Below are positions 1 to 6,662 of a stretch of 28,700 nucleotides of DNA, in pieces. The notes under the pieces were generated by a model. It worked only from the letters and a program-made list of their open reading frames with translations. It did not search any database and was not told where the DNA came from. The translations under genes were made by a program, and so were the position numbers. This DNA comes from an uncultured Eubacteriales bacterium (lineage in GTDB: Bacteria > Bacillota > Clostridia > TANB77 > RGIG9151): NCBI GenBank assembly GCA_964475435.1, contig CAYYWT010000004.1:1-28700 (forward strand). The letters are read 5' to 3'. Each line of letters opens with the position of its first letter. Positions within the stretch are counted from its first letter, which is position 1.

Positions 1-1
1 T

Positions 2-253
2 ACTCCTTACCCTGCAGTCTTTGTAAAAAATGATGCTTGGATTCGAAAGAACAGAAGTTATTTGAAGCAAAAAGTTTATTGGGTTTTTGTATGTATAGAT
101 GTTGAGAGAGATTTTTGGATTGCGTTTAAGTACTGGGATTCAGCGGATTTAGACGAAGCATATGGTGCTACTGTTAATGTGTCTTTTCCAGAACACGGAG
201 AAGTTTATAGATTAGATGAAAGCTGTATGAACGTAGTTCGCGAGTTTTATTAA
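2..253 (+). CDS. 3' end of a hypothetical protein gene running off the left edge
   Basis: Frame 2 is open from the first bases to TAA 251-253. The TTG at 62 used by the ORF track is probably internal. A hairpin plus T-run follows. No family recognised. Confidence 0.5.
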   Translation, partial: TPYPAVFVKNDAWIRKNRSYLKQKVYWVFVCIDVERDFWIAFKYWDSADLDEAYGATVNVSFPEHGEVYRLDESCMNVVREFY

Positions 254-261
254 AGCTTTAA

Positions 262-290
262 CCTGCTAGCAAGTTGCTGGCAGGTTTTTC
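262..290 (+). terminator. intrinsic terminator
   Basis: CCTGCTAGC / GCTGGCAGG 9-bp stem (one G-T pair), 5-nt loop, then TTTTT, 9 nt after the stop codon. Confidence 0.7.
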
Positions 291-328
291 TTTGTACTTA
301 TTTAATGAATAAATTGACTTTATACTAG

Positions 329-384
329 GTTACTATTCAGTCTACTTGTTATCTTTTGATAAGTAATTAAGTCTGACCGGTAAC
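329..384 (-). repeat. short imperfect palindromic element, same family as 27388-27559
   Basis: Its reverse complement GTTACCGGTCAGACTTAATTACTTATCAAAAGATAA...CTGAATAGTAAC matches both ends of 27388-27559 (2 mismatches in the first 36 nt). It folds as GTTAC/GTAAC, TCAG/CTGA, CTTATC/GATAA. Confidence 0.7.
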
Positions 385-413
385 TATACCCGGAAATAAT
401 TTTACAAAAATAG

Positions 414-441
414 TTGACAAAAATAGAATTATGTATATAAT
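414..441 (+). promoter_or_regulatory. sigma-A type promoter candidate
   Basis: TTGACA (414-419), 16-nt spacer, TATAAT (436-441), about 120 nt upstream of the 561 start. Confidence 0.5.
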
Positions 442-560
442 AAACTTTGATGGAATAAATGATAAATAACCTATCCATTTTTTTGGGGAGGTGGAATTAA
501 TAAAATGTAGATAGGTGTAAGCAATCGAAAAAGTTTTATTACGAAAGAATGAGGTATACT

Positions 561-1058
561 ATGGAACTCGACAGAAAAAACGTAGTGAGAACAGCAATTG
601 AAAATACGTTAAGTCTGAGGATTGAAGAAAATATGACGCTTAAATGTAAGTTATCCAGACTTCTGAAGGAAAGTGAAGAAACAGAAGATTACGAGACAAT
701 AGTAAATGAATCTGTTATATGGATTACTAATGAGTGGGAAGATCAAGCCAAAAGAAACAAGCTTTTTTTGAGTGTAAGCATTGAAGTATGTGTTTCCAAT
801 AATGGATTAAGTCTTAATGACAATATTTCTAGTTTAGCTCGTGATAGCAAGCTCGTTTTTAGAACGGAAGAAGAATTACAACAGTTTATGAGTGATGTTG
901 GCTCGTATTTACCTGAAAAAGCAAAGTGTGTATGCTCTTTAGGAGAGAAAAAAGTGACTAAATCTTATCATATGTGTGACGAAACATTTTATGAAAATGA
1001 CTGGGTTACATGTAGGTTCGCTTCTTTCTCGATTGATGCAATGGATTTGATAATGTAA
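561..1058 (+). CDS. hypothetical cytoplasmic protein
   Basis: Open frame 549-1058. The ATG at 561 has GAGGT 5 nt upstream, so it is preferred over the ATG at 549. No signal peptide and no recognisable motif. Confidence 0.7.
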   Translation: MELDRKNVVRTAIENTLSLRIEENMTLKCKLSRLLKESEETEDYETIVNESVIWITNEWEDQAKRNKLFLSVSIEVCVSNNGLSLNDNISSLARDSKLVFRTEEELQQFMSDVGSYLPEKAKCVCSLGEKKVTKSYHMCDETFYENDWVTCRFASFSIDAMDLIM

Positions 1059-1070
1059 TTTATTCAAAGA

Positions 1071-1105
1071 AAAAACTGCCGGCGAGTGTCGGCAGTTTCC
1101 TTTTT
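1071..1105. terminator. bidirectional intrinsic terminator between convergent genes
   Basis: CTGCCG (1076-1081) / CGGCAG (1090-1095) stem with an A-run on the 5' side and a T-run on the 3' side. Lies between the stops of the 561-1058 gene and alr. Confidence 0.75.
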
Positions 1106-2192
1106 AAATAAACTTTCGTGGAATTCGTTCAGACAAAGAAGAAATAACCTCATAATTTATTGTATCGTATATCCTTGCAATATCCTCTACGGAAATTTTT
1201 CCGTTATCCCAAATATATACATCATCGTTTACATTTGCGTTAATTTCGGTTACATCTACCATAAAACAATCCATACAAACTTTACCTACAATTGGAGCTA
1301 TTTTCCCGTTTATTACTACATTACCTTTATTAGACAAGCTCCGTCTAAGTCCGTCGGCATATCCGATGGGAACAGTAGCGATTTTAGATATACGCTTAGT
1401 ACAAAAATCTTTGTTATAGCTTATATACGTATTTTCCTGTACTTCTTTTAGGAATGAAATTTTTGATCGTAAAGTAAGCACAGGTTTTAAATGAATTTTA
1501 TTTTTTAGTTTCTCGTCCGGATAATATCCAAGTAGTATTAGTCCCGGGCGTACAAGGTTAAAATGAGCCTCTGGGAAATTAATTATTCCCGCCGAATTAC
1601 AACAATGTATAAATTTAAGATTAATTTTTTCTTTCGCTATATTTATAGCTTTAGCAAATATAGCAATTTGCATATCGGTATAGTTCATATCTGAATCACT
1701 TGAAGAAAAATGAGTAAAAATACCTTCAATTGATATATTATCTGAAGCTTTAGCAATTTCTAAAAATTCTTCAAGCTCCTCCAATTTTAGACCGGTTCGT
1801 CCCATACCGGTTTCTATTTCTATGTGAATTTTATAATTCCCATTTGAATTAACAAGTTTATTTAATAGAGAAATAGAAGCAACAGATACAGTTAAATTAT
1901 ATTTATCAGCAAAATGCATTTCTTCAAAAAGTGGTTGATTTAGTATTAAAATATTTCCTGTGTAACCAAGTTCTCTAAGTTTTATTCCTTCATCTATAAT
2001 AGCAACACCGATTATTTTTATATCTAGTTTATTAATAAGCTCTATATTATAATTAATAAAACTACCATACGCATTATCTTTGAAAACCGGCATTATATCT
2101 ACATCTTTGCCGACAAAATTCTTGATTTGTTCATAATTATAAATAAAATTTTCAGTATTCACATCCATAGATACATTCCATACTTTTCCCAT
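1104..2192 (-). CDS. alr: alanine racemase
   Basis: PLP-lysine motif VFKDNAYG near the N-terminus, then ETGMGRTG, FTHFSSSD, PIGYADGLRR and GKVCMDCFMVD, all in alanine racemase order. 362 aa. Confidence 0.93.
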   Translation of the reverse strand: MGKVWNVSMDVNTENFIYNYEQIKNFVGKDVDIMPVFKDNAYGSFINYNIELINKLDIKIIGVAIIDEGIKLRELGYTGNILILNQPLFEEMHFADKYNLTVSVASISLLNKLVNSNGNYKIHIEIETGMGRTGLKLEELEEFLEIAKASDNISIEGIFTHFSSSDSDMNYTDMQIAIFAKAINIAKEKINLKFIHCCNSAGIINFPEAHFNLVRPGLILLGYYPDEKLKNKIHLKPVLTLRSKISFLKEVQENTYISYNKDFCTKRISKIATVPIGYADGLRRSLSNKGNVVINGKIAPIVGKVCMDCFMVDVTEINANVNDDVYIWDNGKISVEDIARIYDTINYEVISSLSERIPRKFI

Positions 2193-2255
2193 AAAATTAC
2201 CTCCTATACGTATGAGAATTTTATCATTATTTATTTAAAAATAATAGAGGGAAAA

Positions 2256-3098
2256 TTAATGACTTAGCACAAAGTTAAAAAAAGTTTCGCTGCTTTTGCC
2301 TGAAGGTCTATTAAAACGACCTAATCTAAATAAATTTATATTGTCTAAATCGACTTGGATTTCACTACAAGTAAGGGCAGCACTAAATCCGAGCTCCTCC
2401 AAAATTTCAACAGATTCCGTACATAAATGTCCAAAAGGGTAAGTAAACGTAGTAGGCTTTTTGCCGGTAAAATCAAAAAATTTATCTTGTAGCAAAGAAA
2501 GGTCATTAGTTAAAATTTCTCGATAATCATTAAAACTTTCTCCCTTCTTTATTTTTGCACCTTGTCTTGTAGCGTTTGAATGCAGAGAATAAGTGTGATT
2601 TTGGAATTCAATTCTAGGATTTTTAGAAAGAGTTTTTATTTCTTCCCAAGTAAGGTAAGAATATTCAGCAACTGAGCAAGGATTTTCTTCTGAATAATCT
2701 GAGAAACTGCCTACAACCGAAATTACAGCTTTCATATCGTATTTTTCTAAAAGAGGAAGTAAATATTTAAAACATCCTTCGTGACCATCATCAAATGTAA
2801 GCATTATAGGTTTATCAGGAAGAGGTGTACCATTTTTTACAAAATCAATTATGTCTTGCATCAAAACAGTAGTATATCCGTTATTTTTTATATAAATCAT
2901 ATCTTTTTCAAGTTGCTCTACGGATATAACATAGGGACCTAACATATTTTTTATTTCCGAAATATTGTGATACATAATTATAGGCATTTTGTTATCTGTA
3001 CTTTCAACTCGACTAAATGGGAAAATAATTCCTATAATAATCATTATTATAATAATAAAAGTAAAAATTGCTTTGCGTTTAGAAACTATAAAAAACAT
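2256..3098 (-). CDS. polysaccharide deacetylase (NodB homology) family membrane-anchored protein
   Basis: LTFDDGHEG NodB motif, N-terminal TM helix. Start placed at the ATG at 3098 (MFFIVSKRK), which has AAGGAGG 8 nt upstream. The ORF-track start at 3164 has no RBS. Confidence 0.9.
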   Translation of the reverse strand: MFFIVSKRKAIFTFIIIIMIIIGIIFPFSRVESTDNKMPIIMYHNISEIKNMLGPYVISVEQLEKDMIYIKNNGYTTVLMQDIIDFVKNGTPLPDKPIMLTFDDGHEGCFKYLLPLLEKYDMKAVISVVGSFSDYSEENPCSVAEYSYLTWEEIKTLSKNPRIEFQNHTYSLHSNATRQGAKIKKGESFNDYREILTNDLSLLQDKFFDFTGKKPTTFTYPFGHLCTESVEILEELGFSAALTCSEIQVDLDNINLFRLGRFNRPSGKSSETFFNFVLSH

Positions 3099-3156
3099 AT
3101 CTTTTGCCTCCTTAAAATAAGAATATGCATAAAAAATAAGAATATAAGTAAAACTT

Positions 3157-3175
3157 AAAATCACTGTAATTTCAA
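3157..3175 (+). repeat. left copy of an exact 19-nt direct repeat AAAATCACTGTAATTTCAA
   Basis: Identical 19-mer at 6554-6572. A degenerate third version, GAAAATCGCTACATTT, lies at about 3187-3203. Confidence 0.6.
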
Positions 3176-3237
3176 TTTTACTATATGAAAATCGCTACAT
3201 TTAATTACTTTTTGAGTTAAAAGATTATACTTTTTAG

Positions 3238-3266
3238 TTGACTTTACATAAAAAATATAGTATAAT
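3238..3266 (+). promoter_or_regulatory. near-consensus sigma-A promoter of the toxin-like gene
   Basis: TTGACT (3238-3243), 17-nt spacer, TATAAT (3261-3266). Confidence 0.7.
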
Positions 3267-3351
3267 GAAAAAGTTCAATAAAAATGAACTAGGCAATATG
3301 TAATTACATATGCCAAAAATCCAATTAAATTTATTTTAAAGGAGAACAGCT

Positions 3352-5664
3352 ATGAAAAAAATCGTATCGCTTATTCTAACTATCGTAATGGTATTAGGTT
3401 GTGTACCGCTTACAGCTTTTTCGGCAGATTTAAAAGGATTAATGCCGGAAATTGTTTACAAAGATAACGATGATTATCTTTTTGTAGACGGAAAGCGTGT
3501 AGACTTAGAAGGAGAAATATTTGATTACAGGCATCCCCAAAAGAACTATATTAACACATATGTACCGGTTAAATTTTTTATAGAACTTGCCGGTGGTGAA
3601 CTTACTTCTTGGGAACATACAAGCAAAATAGCAAAGTTTACTATTAGCCGAACAAATATTGAAATTGATTATAAAAATAGTACATACAGTATTGATGGTG
3701 TAAAAGATAGTCTTATGTTTGAACCCATCATAAAAAATGATGTACTATATTTATCTCAAACTGATTTGTTTGTAAAAATATTTAATGTTTATTGGAGTAA
3801 CTTATTGCATAACGACAACGGGTATATGCACATATATGACTATGATATACCATGGGAAGATTATAATAATGATATAGAGCATAATTTAATTGACTCCTTA
3901 TACAACTCTAAAAATACAACTGAAATAACATCCGGCACATTATATGTTTCAGACGGAACGCATCTATACAACCGAGTTTCAGACACAACTTCTTCATTAG
4001 GCTATACAGATAATTATGTATATACTTTAAGAACACTATATGATGAATTATGGATTAATGATGAAGAACAATTTATATCTAAAGGGGATTATTTGTACGA
4101 TACAAACAATAAGCCTCAATATGCAAGCATAGCTATACTAAAAGCATGTGATACCCGTATTGGTGAACTAAAAAATTATGTTGAAAAAAGCATAATTAAA
4201 GCGTATAGTAATCTTGAGATTACCGAAGACTACAAAAATCTGTTACTGACCAATGAAGTAAATAATGTAATAAACGAATACTTCGACGTAAAGAGAGCTG
4301 AGAAAAAATTTAGCGAAGTAAGTGAACAAACGAGCACTTACGAACTCAAAACAGGTTCAACCGGAGAAAAAGTAACTAAAATTCAGCAAAAACTTTATGA
4401 GTTAGGCTTTTCCGACCAATTAGTTACCGGAGAATATGGAAATATTACAATTTGTAATGTGGCATATTTTCAATCAATAAACGGTTTAGACGTTACAGGT
4501 TGGGTAGATAGTGAAACTTACACCAAAATCTTAGGAACAGATGAAACCATAGTTAACGTAGAAGACACAACACCATACGCATATCCTACAAATTTACAAG
4601 AAGGTATGGAAGTAATAAAAGGAAGCTATACCGTAAACGTAGTAGGAAACGAGCATTGCGACGGAATAAGACTTAATATGTACAGCACAACAATGTTTAA
4701 TGACGGATTATCCGAATGGTATAACTTTGACGGAAATGATGTTAGTGCGACATTCGACTGTACAGACGTAGGTTATTACACGTTAATGGTAGAAACTCGA
4801 AACGACACAACCGGAGAAACAGCTCAATACGCAATAGACTTTAACGTAGTAGATACAACAACCGGAACAGATTTATTAGCATATTTTATGCTTGGAATAT
4901 GGGACGGAGTAGTAGATACAGGAAAAGGTCTATGGAGTACAGTTGCACATCCGGTAAAGTCAGCAAAAGATTTAGGAAGCGGAATATCTTTCTTAGCCAA
5001 AGCATTAACCCCTTGGGGAGGAGAAGAAAGACAAGCGATACTAGACCTTTGGGTAACGTTAAGCTATGACATAGTAGACGGAGTAGTAGCCAGAGAAGCA
5101 AAAGAAACAGCAAGGTCTCTAGGAAAACTTACCGCAGAAATCTTGATAGCAGTAGCTTTAGAAAAAGGAGCAAGCAAAGCAGTAGAAGCCATAAAAGAGT
5201 CTGCAAAAACCGGAAAACTTAGCAAAGTCGGAAAGGCTTGGGTTAAGGCAAAGGATAAAGTAGACGATTTTGTAGTGGAACTGACAGGTAAATTGGGTTT
5301 ATCTTCCATTTTCAAAAATGGTAAGATAAGCATAGATGACATTAAAGCTAATCCTAATGTATTTTCAGGTAAATCAGTAGATGAAATTGCTGACGCTCTT
5401 AAAGATGTTGGATACGAAGTAAAAGTAAGAGGCTCTAATTATCCTGAAAGTAAAGCTCAGATTATTAAAATTACTAATACGGGCGCAGGTAGAAACATTG
5501 CTCAAGTACAAGTATCTCCTGGTGGAGGTCGGCACGGTGAATTACCATATGTAAAAATTAGCACAACAGACCAGGGTATAATTAAGATAGTAGATGGAGT
5601 AAAAAGTATGTATAAAACAGACGGAAAAGAAACGGCAACAATTATTTTTACAGGAGGAAATTGA
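3352..5664 (+). CDS. secreted multidomain polymorphic-toxin-like protein: signal peptide, copper-amine-oxidase-N-like domain, PG_binding_1 domain, unassigned C-terminal domain
   Basis: AGGAG RBS. Signal peptide MKKIVSLILTIVMVLGCVPLTAFSA. VDGKRVDL...YVPVKFFIELAGGEL resembles the Cu-amine-oxidase N-terminal domain. GSTGEKVTKIQQKLYELGF...AYFQSINGLDVTGWVDSETY is a peptidoglycan-binding domain 1 signature. Then a helical A/K/E-rich linker and a ~110-aa C-terminal domain of unknown family. Confidence 0.85.
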   Translation: MKKIVSLILTIVMVLGCVPLTAFSADLKGLMPEIVYKDNDDYLFVDGKRVDLEGEIFDYRHPQKNYINTYVPVKFFIELAGGELTSWEHTSKIAKFTISRTNIEIDYKNSTYSIDGVKDSLMFEPIIKNDVLYLSQTDLFVKIFNVYWSNLLHNDNGYMHIYDYDIPWEDYNNDIEHNLIDSLYNSKNTTEITSGTLYVSDGTHLYNRVSDTTSSLGYTDNYVYTLRTLYDELWINDEEQFISKGDYLYDTNNKPQYASIAILKACDTRIGELKNYVEKSIIKAYSNLEITEDYKNLLLTNEVNNVINEYFDVKRAEKKFSEVSEQTSTYELKTGSTGEKVTKIQQKLYELGFSDQLVTGEYGNITICNVAYFQSINGLDVTGWVDSETYTKILGTDETIVNVEDTTPYAYPTNLQEGMEVIKGSYTVNVVGNEHCDGIRLNMYSTTMFNDGLSEWYNFDGNDVSATFDCTDVGYYTLMVETRNDTTGETAQYAIDFNVVDTTTGTDLLAYFMLGIWDGVVDTGKGLWSTVAHPVKSAKDLGSGISFLAKALTPWGGEERQAILDLWVTLSYDIVDGVVAREAKETARSLGKLTAEILIAVALEKGASKAVEAIKESAKTGKLSKVGKAWVKAKDKVDDFVVELTGKLGLSSIFKNGKISIDDIKANPNVFSGKSVDEIADALKDVGYEVKVRGSNYPESKAQIIKITNTGAGRNIAQVQVSPGGGRHGELPYVKISTTDQGIIKIVDGVKSMYKTDGKETATIIFTGGN

Positions 5665-5665
5665 T

Positions 5666-6097
5666 ATGGAAGTAGATATTAATGCACCAATAATTCCATA
5701 TGAAGGACTAGGCGGAATAAAACTATACAGTACGCGTGAAGAACTAAAAGATATTTTGCAAAGCAAAGGCGTAAAAAAGCATATATATGATGATTGGATT
5801 GAGTATCATATTCAAGATAAAGTAGCATTAACCTTTAGCTTATCAAACGAAAAACTATTAAGAATTACTACATTAGATGGGTATAAAGGAATGCTATTTG
5901 GAAAAATATATGTTGGTATGCCTGAAGAAGAATTACCTAAAGTAGATAACTCATTTGTATATAATGATTTTGAAGAATTTTGGGAATCTGATAAAGGAAT
6001 ATCCATTGCAACTGATGTTATTACACACAAGATTGTATGGATAGCTGTATATATTTCAGAATGGTATTCGAAAGATTTCGAGGAAGGAAATTGGTAA
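5666..6097 (+). CDS. putative cognate immunity protein (hypothetical, cytoplasmic)
   Basis: ATG lies 1 nt after the toxin stop codon. Its AGGAGG RBS (5652-5657) sits inside the last toxin codons. 143 aa, acidic, no signal peptide. The function is inferred from position only. Confidence 0.75.
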   Translation: MEVDINAPIIPYEGLGGIKLYSTREELKDILQSKGVKKHIYDDWIEYHIQDKVALTFSLSNEKLLRITTLDGYKGMLFGKIYVGMPEEELPKVDNSFVYNDFEEFWESDKGISIATDVITHKIVWIAVYISEWYSKDFEEGNW

Positions 6098-6138
6098 AAA
6101 CTATTTAGAGGAGAGTCAACTTGGCTTTCCTCTTTTTT
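6098..6138 (+). terminator. intrinsic terminator, copy 1 of a 41-nt duplicated cassette
   Basis: AGAGGAGAGTC / GGCTTTCCTCT stem, AACTT loop, T6 run. The whole 41-mer is repeated exactly at 6509-6549. Confidence 0.8.
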
Positions 6139-6163
6139 GCGAAATTGATGACAAAACGTTTAG

Positions 6164-6191
6164 TTGACAAAAATAAAGCATATGTTAAAGT
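6164..6191 (+). promoter_or_regulatory. promoter candidate for the barstar-like gene
   Basis: TTGACA (6164-6169), 16-nt spacer, TGtTAAAGT extended -10 (6183-6191). Confidence 0.45.
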
Positions 6192-6214
6192 AATAAAGAT
6201 AGGAGATTGAGATT

Positions 6215-6505
6215 ATGGAAAAAATTATATTGGACGGCACAAAATTTGTGGATATTGATACAACTCATAAAATTTTAAAAGAAGTATTTGAATTCCCAGA
6301 TTATTATGGAAAAAATCTTGATGCGTTTTGGGATTGCATAACGGACTGTACGAGTGACTGGATTAATGGAGAGAATGCTAAAATAATATGGAAGGATTTT
6401 GCTATAAGTAAAAAGAACTTAGGAGATTATGCAGAAACTCTTTTAGAACTTTTTATAGAGGCAAAAGAAAAATATGGTGGTTTTACAATTGAGGTAATTC
6501 CATAA
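6215..6505 (+). CDS. barstar family (barnase/RNase inhibitor) immunity protein
   Basis: FPDYYGKNLDAFWDCITD aligns with the barstar core LPEYYGENLDALWDCLTG. The length (96 aa) and N-terminal beta-strand pattern also match. Confidence 0.9.
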   Translation: MEKIILDGTKFVDIDTTHKILKEVFEFPDYYGKNLDAFWDCITDCTSDWINGENAKIIWKDFAISKKNLGDYAETLLELFIEAKEKYGGFTIEVIP

Positions 6506-6508
6506 GAC

Positions 6509-6549
6509 AAACTATTTAGAGGAGAGTCAACTTGGCTTTCCTCTTTTTT
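6509..6549 (+). terminator. intrinsic terminator, copy 2 of the 41-nt cassette
   Basis: Exact repeat of 6098-6138, starting 3 nt after the barstar-like stop codon. Confidence 0.8.
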
Positions 6550-6553
6550 AGTG

Positions 6554-6572
6554 AAAATCACTGTAATTTCAA
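6554..6572 (+). repeat. right copy of the exact 19-nt direct repeat AAAATCACTGTAATTTCAA
   Basis: Identical to 3157-3175. Confidence 0.6.
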
Positions 6573-6662
6573 GAAACTAACTTCAATTCTTCACAATTAC
6601 ATCACATTTAGAGTTTATACTAAGAAACATAAGATAAATATTTTAGGGGGTGCATTTAAATA

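Noticed and set aside
411-425. Identical 15-mer TAGTTGACAAAAATA at 411-425 and 6161-6175 as a shared regulatory site
   Set aside because: It contains the consensus -35 hexamer plus an A-run. By rough estimate, exact 15-mers of this composition are expected a few times by chance in this AT-rich window.
1086-1451. Antisense or shadow ORFs in the six-frame track: 1086-1451, 2967-3158, 4886-5113, 5064-5342, 5542-5766, 5812-6030, 6974-7192, 7649-7834, 9117-9440, 9647-9832, 10308-10727, 13189-13374, 14208-14396, 18050-18433, 22284-22496, 22576-22908, 22715-23173, 23158-23352, 25077-25259
   Set aside because: Each lies inside, and opposite to or out of frame with, a well-supported gene. They have low-complexity or biased composition, no RBS and no recognisable motifs.
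2256-3164. N-terminal extensions given by the ORF track for several genes (starts at 3164, 12446, 14529, 14649, 17274, 19107, 549)
   Set aside because: In each case an internal start has a proper GGAGG-type RBS and yields the N-terminus typical of the family. The upstream starts lack an RBS or overlap promoters.
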